Below, in pieces: positions 9,510-17,133 of a DNA stretch of 64,000 bases. The notes beneath the pieces were generated by a model. The model was not told where the DNA came from. It ran no database searches and saw only the letters and a list, made by a program, of their open reading frames with translations. Within the stretch, counting starts at the first letter, position 1, and each line of letters begins with the position of its first letter. The translations under genes and the position numbers were made by a program. Source of the stretch: Betaproteobacteria bacterium (GTDB lineage Bacteria; Pseudomonadota; Gammaproteobacteria; Burkholderiales; SG8-41); NCBI GenBank assembly GCA_052389535.1, contig JBQTHU010000117.1, positions 10,257 through 74,256 on the forward strand, read 5' to 3'.

Positions 9510-9514
9510 GCCGC
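9485..9514. repeat. Perfect 15-bp tandem duplication (gctcacgcatgccgc x2) spanning the stop/start junction of two genes
   Basis: Read directly: 9485-9499 equals 9500-9514. Each copy carries, on the minus strand, ATGCGTGA, which holds both an ATG and an out-of-frame TGA. Confidence 0.9.
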
Positions 9515-11226
9515 GTCTTCTCGAGGATGCAGGGGCCGATGACCAGCGCATCGAGCGGGGAGGTCATGAAACAGCGCACCGCGTCCTGCGGCGTGCACAC
9601 GATGGGCTCGCCCTGCGTGTTGAACGAGGTGTTGACCAGCACCGGCACGCCGGTGCGGCGTGCGAATGCCTCGATCAGCCGGTGGTAGAGCGGATGCTGG
9701 GCGCGGTTCACGGTCTGGATGCGCGCCGTCCCATCGACGTGGCAAACGCCCGGTATGCGGTCGGCGCGCTCGCGCACCACGTCGTGAATGAAGAGCATGA
9801 ATGGCGAGACGCCGGCGCCGACGAACCAGTCCGCAGCCTCCTCTTCCAGCACGACCGGCGCGACGGGGCGAAAGTCCTCGCGGTCCTTGATGGCGTTCAA
9901 CCGGTGCTGGATCTCCGCGGTGAGCGGAGAGGCGAGTATGGAGCGCGCCCCGAGCGCGCGCGGCCCGTATTCCATGCGCCCCTGGAACCAGCCGACGATG
10001 CGATCGGCGGCCAGTATCGCCGCCGTCTCTTCCGCAACGTCGTCCGCGCGGCGATACGGCAGCTTGGCGTAATCGAGCAGCGACCTGATGTCCTGCTCAG
10101 AGTACTCCGGCCCGAGGAACGCGTGCTCCATCTGCCACGAGCGCTCGCCGCGCGCGCGCCAATCGGTCCACAACGCCGCGCCGATTGCGGTGCCGGAATC
10201 GCCGGCAGCCGGCTGGACCCATACGCGGCGAAACAGGCCGGCATCGCGCACGCGCGCGTTCATCACGCAGTTGAGCGCGACCCCCCCTGCCAGGCACAGG
10301 TTGTCCGAGCCGGTCTCGTCCCTGAGCCAGCGCGCGAGCGCGACGACGGTCTCCTCCAGCACGAGCTGCAGCGAGCGCGCGATATCGAAGTGGCGCTCGC
10401 CGAACTCGGCGCCGCGTTCGCGTGCCGGCCCGAAGCGCTCGGCAAGCCGCAACGGTGCAATCGCGTACTGCCCGTTTCCGGACACTTGCACGATTTCACG
10501 GAAAGCGTCGGCGTACACCGGCTTGCCGTAGGAGGCGAGCGCCATCACCTTGTATTCGTCGGAGGAATGCAGGAATCCCAGGTGGCGCGTGACCTCCTCG
10601 TACAGCAGGCCCAGCGAATGCGGGACGCAAACCTGGCCGATCCGCCGGTATTCACGGCCCGTGTAATGTCCGTAGCAGGTACTGGCGCGCTCGCCGCGGC
10701 CGTCGAGCGTCATCACCGCCGTGTCTTCGAACGGCGCGGCAAGGAACGCGCTCGCCTCGTGCGACAGGTGATGGTCCACGAATCTCCAGTTCCACCTGCG
10801 TTGCGTCCTCGCACGCCTGAACCGCCGCTTCAGATGAAACGGCGCACCGTCTATCAATTGCCGTTCGGCGTTCACCACGTAGGAGAGCGACAGCGGCTCC
10901 CACGGTGAGAGCCAATCCGCGGAAGTATCATGCGCGCTCGGCTCGAGCGGCAGCGTGATCGTCGCATCGTGCCGGCGCTCGCCCAGCACCACGCCGGGGT
11001 TGAAGGAATAGGCGACGTAATCCAGATCGGAAAGCTCGATGCCTGCCGCGCCGAGACAGTAATCGATTGCGTGAAACGGCAGTTCCCAGGTGGTGAAAGG
11101 AACCGGCCGCTTGCCATGTTTGACCCGCGTAAAGCGCTCCTCTTCTGCAGCGGCCACCACTTTCCCGTCGCGGACGAGGCAGGCAGCGGAGTCGTGAAAT
11201 ACGGCGTTGATGCCGAGCGTCAGCAT
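9502..11226 (-). CDS. NodU/CmcH-family O-carbamoyltransferase
   Basis: The start MLTLGINAVFHDSAACLV was verified as cat at 11224-11226. The FVDHHLSHEASAF metal motif is present and the length (574 aa) is typical of the family. Confidence 0.9.
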   Translation of the reverse strand: MLTLGINAVFHDSAACLVRDGKVVAAAEEERFTRVKHGKRPVPFTTWELPFHAIDYCLGAAGIELSDLDYVAYSFNPGVVLGERRHDATITLPLEPSAHDTSADWLSPWEPLSLSYVVNAERQLIDGAPFHLKRRFRRARTQRRWNWRFVDHHLSHEASAFLAAPFEDTAVMTLDGRGERASTCYGHYTGREYRRIGQVCVPHSLGLLYEEVTRHLGFLHSSDEYKVMALASYGKPVYADAFREIVQVSGNGQYAIAPLRLAERFGPARERGAEFGERHFDIARSLQLVLEETVVALARWLRDETGSDNLCLAGGVALNCVMNARVRDAGLFRRVWVQPAAGDSGTAIGAALWTDWRARGERSWQMEHAFLGPEYSEQDIRSLLDYAKLPYRRADDVAEETAAILAADRIVGWFQGRMEYGPRALGARSILASPLTAEIQHRLNAIKDREDFRPVAPVVLEEEAADWFVGAGVSPFMLFIHDVVRERADRIPGVCHVDGTARIQTVNRAQHPLYHRLIEAFARRTGVPVLVNTSFNTQGEPIVCTPQDAVRCFMTSPLDALVIGPCILEKTRHA

Positions 11227-11237
11227 GCAGCCTCTCT

Positions 11238-12383
11238 TCAGTGGACGGTGGCGTACAGCGCCAGTGGACCGGTCGCGGAAGGCTCGCCGATGCCCGCTGA
11301 AGCGGGCTCGTTCAGCAGCCGCTCGGCCGCGGCCGCCACCGTTTCCGGCGCCACCCCGGCGAGACAGGCGTGATGCCCCGCAGGGCATACGCTGCGGTAG
11401 CAGAACCGGCACGGCACGTCGCAGAACAGCACTTCGCTCCGCACCTGCCACGGCGCGTGCTGGGGATTGGTAAGCGCGTAGAGATCGACGACCGGCGTGC
11501 CGAGTGCAGCGGCGATATGGACCGGCCCGGTGTTGTTCGCGACGAGGAGGGACGCCCGCTCCAGCAGCGCACCCAGTTGCGCGACGTCGAGTTGTCCGGC
11601 AAGCGAGTACGAGGCGCGCGCCATCGCCTGGCGTATGCCTTCCACCAGATGCGTCTCTTCCGCACTGCCGGTGAATACGACGGCCGCTTCAGAAAGACGC
11701 TGCAAAAGAAGGTCCATCGCCTGTGCATAGCGCAGCGCCGGGTAGCGGCGGGAGGCCGCGCTCGCGCCGGGATGTACGGCGATGAGCGTCGCGCGCTCGT
11801 CGATGCCGGCACGCGCCAGCGCGCGCTTCGTCGATGCCCACGCGCACGGCGGCACGGCAAAGGAAAGCCGCTCATCGTCGGTGCGGCAGCCTATCGTCGC
11901 GGCGAGATCGAGATGGCGCCGCACCTCGTGCCGTATGCGCTCGAGCGGTTCCGGGTCCCGGACCCAGTCGGTCAACAGCCCGTAGGGATTCTCGCGGCAG
12001 TGCGCGAGCCGCAGCGGAATACCCGCGAGATAGCACAGGTATGCGGCAGGCAGCGGATTCTGGCTGTATACCGTGAAGATCACGGCCGCATCGAACCGCC
12101 GGCGCTTCAGTTCCTCGATGAGCGCCGCATCGTGCGGCGGAGCGCTCCCGGCCGGCTTCATCCACGGCGCATCGAAGGCGATCGCCTCGTCCACGTCCGG
12201 AATGAACGGCGCAACCGCGGCGCCGGAGCGGGAGGTGAGGAGCGTCAGCCTGCGTCCGGCCGCGCCCCGCCTCAGCGCCCGCAGCGCCGGCGTCGTCATC
12301 AGCACGTCGCCCATGCTGTCGAGCCGCACGCACAACACCCGATCGGCGCGGCGCCAGCCCAGCGTGCCCGGCGTGCCGTTCAT
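11238..12383 (-). CDS. Family 9 glycosyltransferase (heptosyltransferase-like)
   Basis: The start is MNGTPGTL (cat at 12381-12383). RVLCVRLDSMGDVLMTTPALRAL and the C-terminal CRFCYRSVCPAGHHAC are GT9-like. It forms an ATGA overlap with the upstream gene. Confidence 0.85.
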   Translation of the reverse strand: MNGTPGTLGWRRADRVLCVRLDSMGDVLMTTPALRALRRGAAGRRLTLLTSRSGAAVAPFIPDVDEAIAFDAPWMKPAGSAPPHDAALIEELKRRRFDAAVIFTVYSQNPLPAAYLCYLAGIPLRLAHCRENPYGLLTDWVRDPEPLERIRHEVRRHLDLAATIGCRTDDERLSFAVPPCAWASTKRALARAGIDERATLIAVHPGASAASRRYPALRYAQAMDLLLQRLSEAAVVFTGSAEETHLVEGIRQAMARASYSLAGQLDVAQLGALLERASLLVANNTGPVHIAAALGTPVVDLYALTNPQHAPWQVRSEVLFCDVPCRFCYRSVCPAGHHACLAGVAPETVAAAAERLLNEPASAGIGEPSATGPLALYATVH

Positions 12384-12973
12384 TGCGCCGCGCGACTCCC
12401 GGCGCGGCTCGCGAGGATGATCTGCGCCGCGGCCAGGAGGTCCTCGGCGAGCGCCTCGGGCCAGCGTTGGCCGCTCATGTCCCACTCCGTCTCGTTGCCG
12501 TTGTCGATGAGGATGGTGCGGCAGCGTGCGCGCCGCCCCGCCTCGATGTCGTCCAGGATGTCGCCCACCATCCAGGAGCGCGTAAGCTCGATGCCGTGCT
12601 CGCGCGCCGCCTGTGTGAGCAAGCCGCTGTCGGGCTTGCGACAGGCGCAATGGACGGCATAGTCCGGCAATGCTCCATGCGGATGGTGCGGGCAGTAGTA
12701 AAAACCTTCGAGCCTGACCCCGCGCTCGCCGAGTTCCTCGCTGATGTGGCGCTCCACCCTGCTCAATGCCTGCTCGGAGAACCGGCCGAGCGCGACGCCG
12801 GGCTGATTCGATACAACGAACAGGCGGAATCCCCGGTCGGCGAGCAGGCGCAAACCCTCGACGGCGCCCGGTGTGAAACGGATGAATGCCGGATCGACGT
12901 TGTACGGCACGTTCTCGATCAGCGTGCCATCCTTGTCGAGAAACACGGCGCGCCCGCCCTGCTTCACGGCCAT
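12380..12973 (-). CDS. HAD-IIIA phosphatase, D,D-heptose 1,7-bisphosphate phosphatase (GmhB)-like
   Basis: AVFLDKDGTLI (DxDGT), VVSNQ, the Zn motif YYCPHHP...CACRKP and MVGD are present. The start MAVKQGG was verified (cat at 12971-12973). Confidence 0.85.
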   Translation of the reverse strand: MAVKQGGRAVFLDKDGTLIENVPYNVDPAFIRFTPGAVEGLRLLADRGFRLFVVSNQPGVALGRFSEQALSRVERHISEELGERGVRLEGFYYCPHHPHGALPDYAVHCACRKPDSGLLTQAAREHGIELTRSWMVGDILDDIEAGRRARCRTILIDNGNETEWDMSGQRWPEALAEDLLAAAQIILASRAGSRAAQ

Positions 12974-13689
12974 GACGTCTCCCGCATCGGCAGCACCATT
13001 ATCTCCGGTATGACGGTCTCGTCGGGCTGCGTCAGAATGAATTTCACCGCGGCGGCGACGTGGGCGGGATCCTGCAGCACGCCCGGATCGATATCGGGAA
13101 AGCGATCGAGCAGAAACGGCGTCCTCATGCCTCCCGCGATCACCGCGCTCACCTTGATCCGGCGCGGACGCAGTTCCGCATGGAGCGCATGCGTGAGCCC
13201 GAGCAGCCCCCACTTGCTCGCGTGATACGCGGAGGCGTTGGGCCAGGCGCGGCGCGCAGCGGTCGAGGCGATGTTGACGATATGCCCGCCGCCCTGCCGT
13301 TCCATGACTGCACCCGCGAACTTGGAAAGCAGGAACGGACCGCGCAGGTTGGTCGCAATGACGGCGTCCCACTGCGCAACGCTCAGTTCACTGAGCGGCA
13401 GGGTGTGGTCCACCGCCGCGTTATTGACGAGGATGTCCAGTTTCCCGTAGCGCTCCCGCACTTGCGCTACGCACGTTCGCGCGCTGTCTTCGTTGCGCAC
13501 GTCGAGCTTCCACGCCGCGCAGCGGCCACCGTCGCGCTCGAGCGTCCCGGCGAGCGCGCGGGCCCGCTCCAGGTCGAGATCCGCAATGGCCACGAGCGCA
13601 TGCTCGCCCACGAGCGCCCGCGCGATCTCCGCGCCCAGACCGCGCCCGGCACCGCTGACGATCGCGACGCGTCCCTCGAGCATGCTCAT
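12964..13689 (-). CDS. Short-chain dehydrogenase/reductase
   Basis: VSGAGRGLG cofactor motif, NNAAV and the YHASK catalytic motif. It overlaps the downstream gene by 10 nt and the upstream gene by 4 nt. Confidence 0.85.
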   Translation of the reverse strand: MSMLEGRVAIVSGAGRGLGAEIARALVGEHALVAIADLDLERARALAGTLERDGGRCAAWKLDVRNEDSARTCVAQVRERYGKLDILVNNAAVDHTLPLSELSVAQWDAVIATNLRGPFLLSKFAGAVMERQGGGHIVNIASTAARRAWPNASAYHASKWGLLGLTHALHAELRPRRIKVSAVIAGGMRTPFLLDRFPDIDPGVLQDPAHVAAAVKFILTQPDETVIPEIMVLPMRETSWP

Positions 13690-14996
13690 CGCGCGGAGAC
13701 CCGGGTTGGCTGCTGAAACGCGCTGCCCGCGGAGGCGTGCTTGCCGCCGGCGAATTCCGCGCTGTTGCGGGGCGCCAGCTCGTCGTACAACGCCGCCATG
13801 GAGCGTGCGACGCGCTCCCAGGTGAAGTGCTTCTGTACCCGCTTCAGGCCGTTACGGCCGAACCGCGCGAGCAGGGGAGGATTGCGATAGAGGTCGGCCA
13901 GCCGGCTCGCCAGCGCGTCCGGATCGTTGGGCGGGATGAGATAGCCGGTAACGCCGTCCACCACGCTGTGCTTGATGCCGCCCACCGCGGAGCCCACGAC
14001 CGGCGTCCCGCACGCCATGGCTTCGAGCGGCGTGATGCCGAACGGCTCGTACCAGGGCGTGGTCACGAACACGTCGGCGGCGCTGTAATAGAGTTTGAGC
14101 ACTTCGCGGCTGCGCCGCCCGGTGAAAAGCGTCTGCTCGCCGACGCCTTCCGACCGCGCGATCTCACGCAGCCGCGCGAGTTCCGGAGTCGCCGCGCAAT
14201 CCGGCGCATCGGTGTTTCCCCCTATGATCACCAGGCGCGGCCGCATCCCGCTGCACCGCGCGAGGCGGCCCAGCGCGCGTATCACGTTGTCGACACCCTT
14301 GCGCGGCACCATGCGCCCGATGTGCAGCACGATGCGCTCGTCGCTGTCGAAACCGAGCAGGCGCCGCGCGAAGGCGCGCCGTACGGGCCAGAATTCCCGC
14401 GCGTCAAAACCGCACGGGATGGTGCGGATCTTGTCGCGCTCCGCGCCATACAGCGAAATCAAGTCGAGGCAGTCCTGCGGACATTCCGCGATGATGGCGT
14501 CGGCATGCTCTACCGTTCGGTCCTCGATGTCGATGCGCTCATCCGGGAACTGGTCGGCTTCCCGCTGGTGCAGGCGTCTCACGCGCCCGAGCGCATGAAA
14601 CGTGACGACGAACGGTATGCCGAACAGCTGCTTCAGGCCGAGCGCCACCATGCCCGACATGAAGAAATTGGCATGCACGACGTCATAGCCGGCTTCCCGG
14701 TCGCAGAACTGGGCGACGCGCGCGGTGAACTCCGGCATGACCGGAAGCATCGACTCCTTGCGCAGGGCGTCCTCGGGACCGGCGCGCACGTGCACGACGC
14801 GCAGGCCTTTCGCCACTTCGACGACTTCGGGCAGCGCAGGATTGTCGCGCCGGGTGAAGACGTCGAGCTCGTATCCCAGAGCGTGAACGTGACGCGCGAT
14901 GCTGGCTACATAGATGTTCTGGCCGCCGCTGTCGATGCCGCCGGCAACCGCCAGCGGGGAAGCGTGGTCACTGATGACTGCGATCCTGCTCGCCAT
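13686..14996 (-). CDS. Group 1 glycosyltransferase, sucrose-phosphate-synthase-like GT-B
   Basis: ISDHASPLAVAGGIDSGGQNIYV is an SPS-like N-domain and EPFGITPLEAMACGTPVV is the GT1 signature. SD AGGAG lies 5 nt upstream of ATG 14996. Confidence 0.85.
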   Translation of the reverse strand: MASRIAVISDHASPLAVAGGIDSGGQNIYVASIARHVHALGYELDVFTRRDNPALPEVVEVAKGLRVVHVRAGPEDALRKESMLPVMPEFTARVAQFCDREAGYDVVHANFFMSGMVALGLKQLFGIPFVVTFHALGRVRRLHQREADQFPDERIDIEDRTVEHADAIIAECPQDCLDLISLYGAERDKIRTIPCGFDAREFWPVRRAFARRLLGFDSDERIVLHIGRMVPRKGVDNVIRALGRLARCSGMRPRLVIIGGNTDAPDCAATPELARLREIARSEGVGEQTLFTGRRSREVLKLYYSAADVFVTTPWYEPFGITPLEAMACGTPVVGSAVGGIKHSVVDGVTGYLIPPNDPDALASRLADLYRNPPLLARFGRNGLKRVQKHFTWERVARSMAALYDELAPRNSAEFAGGKHASAGSAFQQPTRVSAR

Positions 14997-15093
14997 AGTA
15001 CTCCTGTATTACCGTTGGCATCGAAAGCGACGTAACTGGAGGTCTCGCCACAGCGGGCGCCCATGCGGGCGGAAAGAACGGCGCATGGGGTGC

Positions 15094-15109
15094 AGCAAAC
15101 CGCATGCCA
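15094..15109 (-). promoter_or_regulatory. Sigma-54-type -24/-12 promoter candidate for the glycan operon
   Basis: The minus-strand sequence is TGGCATGCGGTTTGCT, against the consensus TGGCACG-N4-TTGCW. The GG to GC spacing is correct. It lies about 87-100 nt upstream of ATG 14996. Confidence 0.5.
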
Positions 15110-15324
15110 CTTCTCGAAGCACACTGCGGCCCGCGCGCGCCAGACGCCGTGCGCCGCGTGAAGCGGTGCTCGCTCGATACAAGCCGCTTTAACTGCCGCC
15201 AGCTCGCCCCGCCGCCGCCCGCACGGAGCAGCCTCGTCGTGGAAGCAGTTTTTCCCGTGCCGCTGCGTAAGATTTACCGGGCAGAGCGTTCGCTGCTTTT
15301 CCGCGGCACGGGCAGCGCCGCACT

Positions 15325-15340
15325 CGGCATGTCCATTGCT
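15325..15340 (+). promoter_or_regulatory. Weaker sigma-54-type -24/-12 candidate upstream of the metallothionein-SDR gene
   Basis: The plus-strand sequence is CGGCATGTCCATTGCT. Spacing is correct but the first base is C instead of T. It ends 25 nt before ATG 15365, which would leave a very short leader without an SD. Confidence 0.3.
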
Positions 15341-15364
15341 TCTGCGCAGGCGAGTCGCAACCCA

Positions 15365-15532
15365 ATGACGCAGCGTTCGGACCCATCGAAATGCAGGCAT
15401 GCCACGTGCGAATGCACCGTGGAATCGAGTCTCGCCTACTGCTGCGAATACTGCGCGCGGGCCGACCAGCAGGAGACCGGCGCCTACCAGCACCATGCAT
15501 GCGAATGCGGCCATCCTGAATGCAGCCAGGAG
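15365..15532 (+). other. Cys/His-rich metallothionein-like domain (8 Cys, 4 His in the first 53 aa)
   Basis: The pattern C-x-H-x2-C-x-C ... C-C-x2-C-A ... C-x-C-G-H-x2-C parallels SmtA as I recall it (KCACEPCLCNV ... YYCSEACA ... GCGHTGCNC). Confidence 0.65.
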
Positions 15533-16474
15533 CCGGGCCGCGGCGAACCGGCGCACGCACGAGGAGTGAAGACGGAAATCGACGAAAAACAGGCGAAGCC
15601 GCAGATCCAGACCGAGCCGAAACCGCGCTTCCCGGAGCAGCACCAGCCTGCGCCCGGATTGGAGGCGAGACTGCAGCCGCGTCCGCGCTATGAAGCGCGC
15701 CGCTATCGCGCCGCAGGTAAGCTCGACGGCAAAGCGGCGCTCGTCACCGGCGGCGATTCCGGCATCGGCCGGGCGGTGGCCGTGCTGTACGCACGGGAAG
15801 GTGCCGACGTTGCCATCGCCTACCTGCCGGAGGAACAGCCTGACGCTGAAGAGACGGCCCGTGCGGCGAAGGCCGAGGGGCGCCGTTGCGTACTGCTGCC
15901 GGGAAACCTCATGGACCCCGAGGCGTGCACCGCAGCGGTTGAAAACACCGTGTCGCAACTCGGGAAGCTCGACATTCTTGTATCCAACGCCGCCTACCAG
16001 CGCCGCAAGGAAAACATCGAGGACATCGCCGACGAGGAATTCGATCGCACGTTCCGGACCGATATGTACGCCTATTTCTTTCTCGCGCGGGCCGCGCTGC
16101 GCCACATGAAAGCGGGCAGCGCGATCATCGCCACCAGCTCGGTTACCGCGCTGAGAGGCTCGAAGGCGCTGCTCGACTACTCCTCAACCAAAGGGGCGAT
16201 CAATGCCTTCACGCAGTCGCTCGCCCTGAGTGTCGTCGAGCGCGGCATACGCGTGAACGCCGTTGCGGCCGGACCGGTCTGGACGCCTCTCAACCCTTCG
16301 GACGGCGGGCTCTCCCCGGAGAAAGTCGCCGAATTCGGCAAGTCGACCCCGCTCGGCCGCCCGGCGCAGCCTGAGGAACTGGCGCCCGCGTACGTCTTCC
16401 TTGCCTCGGACGCCGATTCCTCCTACATCACCGGGATTGTGTTGCAGGTCACCGGGGGCGAGATCACAGCCTGA
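15365..16474 (+). CDS. Fusion protein: BmtA/SmtA-like bacterial metallothionein domain + YghA/YhxC-type SDR oxidoreductase
   Basis: The N-terminus is KCRHATCECTVESSLAYCCEYCA...HHACECGHPEC. A K/E/P/Q linker follows, then FPEQHQPAPGLE...GKLDGKAALVTGGDSGIGRA, NAAY and the SDR core. There is no stop codon between the domains. Confidence 0.8.
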   Translation: MTQRSDPSKCRHATCECTVESSLAYCCEYCARADQQETGAYQHHACECGHPECSQEPGRGEPAHARGVKTEIDEKQAKPQIQTEPKPRFPEQHQPAPGLEARLQPRPRYEARRYRAAGKLDGKAALVTGGDSGIGRAVAVLYAREGADVAIAYLPEEQPDAEETARAAKAEGRRCVLLPGNLMDPEACTAAVENTVSQLGKLDILVSNAAYQRRKENIEDIADEEFDRTFRTDMYAYFFLARAALRHMKAGSAIIATSSVTALRGSKALLDYSSTKGAINAFTQSLALSVVERGIRVNAVAAGPVWTPLNPSDGGLSPEKVAEFGKSTPLGRPAQPEELAPAYVFLASDADSSYITGIVLQVTGGEITA

Positions 16475-16497
16475 ATCCCGGTGCGCTCGCAGGCGGC

Positions 16498-16968
16498 TCA
16501 CTGCTGCATTTCGGGGGTCTCTTTCATCAGTTCCTGCTTGCGGGCCAGCATCTGTTCGCCCAGTCCCGCAAGGTCGATCTTCGCCTTCCTCGCCTTGGGA
16601 AACATTTCCTTCTGCTCTTCGGCGATGTGATGGTTGACGTACTCGCCGAGCACCGTGAACTTGGCATCGTACATCTCATCGCCCGGTTCCATCTGCTCGA
16701 GCTGTGAAATGAGTTCCTTTGCAGCCTGGTGCTCGACCAGCGCTTCGTCCATCAGATCGTCGTCCTCGATCGCCTCGCGTACCGCGGGGTAGACGATTTC
16801 GTTTTCGAGCCGGGTATGGACTTTCAGCTCGGCGCACGCCTGCCGGACGAGCTGCGCCTTTTCCTCGGATTCATCAAGCTTCTCGAAGTCCTTGAACATC
16901 TTCTTGACCTTGTCGTGATCCGCCTTGAGCATGGCGAGAGCATCGGTCCTGGTCGATTTGCGGGGCAT
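16498..16968 (-). CDS. Hemerythrin (HHE cation-binding) domain protein
   Basis: The start MPRKSTRTD has AAGGAG 8 nt upstream. The His/Glu ligand pattern is LKADHDKV, HTRLENEIVYP, EHQAAKE and VNHHIAEEQ. Confidence 0.85.
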   Translation of the reverse strand: MPRKSTRTDALAMLKADHDKVKKMFKDFEKLDESEEKAQLVRQACAELKVHTRLENEIVYPAVREAIEDDDLMDEALVEHQAAKELISQLEQMEPGDEMYDAKFTVLGEYVNHHIAEEQKEMFPKARKAKIDLAGLGEQMLARKQELMKETPEMQQ

Positions 16969-17004
16969 GAGCACTCTCCTTGGGTTGAACGCCCCCCACG
17001 GAGG

Positions 17005-17020
17005 AGCAAAGTCCATACCA
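17005..17020 (-). promoter_or_regulatory. Sigma-54-type -24/-12 candidate upstream of the hemerythrin gene
   Basis: The minus-strand sequence is TGGTATGGACTTTGCT, with correct spacing, and matches the 15094-15109 element at 12 of 16 positions. It lies 37-52 nt upstream of ATG 16968, leaving room for the SD. Confidence 0.4.
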
Positions 17021-17133
17021 CCGCTACCGGATGCGAAGCAGGCGGCTGCGGGACGTGCTGCGCGCCCTCCCGCCGTTGCTTGTTTACCGCCGCTTGTAAA
17101 TTTTTCGTGGCATGGCGCTCGCGCGAGACGCGC

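Noticed and set aside
8398-13372. N-terminal extensions of ORFs 7450-8526, 9502-11451, 11238-12650 and 12380-13372 as listed in the track.
   Set aside because: The extensions are Arg-rich and overlap the preceding genes extensively. Internal ATGs give N-termini that match the families (MRALKIL, MLTLGIN, MNGTPG, MAVKQGG) and create classic ATGA or short overlaps.
15104-15364. Upstream in-frame extension of the metallothionein-SDR ORF (ATG 15104 or ATG 15329).
   Set aside because: The extension is Arg/Pro-rich and not protein-like. ATG 15104 lies inside the minus-strand -24 element and ATG 15329 lies inside the plus-strand -24/-12 candidate. I chose ATG 15365, but neither candidate has a good SD, so the start remains uncertain.
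14906-16105. 399-aa minus-strand ORF across the divergent region and the metallothionein-SDR gene.
   Set aside because: It is antisense to a gene with clear SDR and metallothionein motifs. It has no motifs of its own and an Arg-rich composition.
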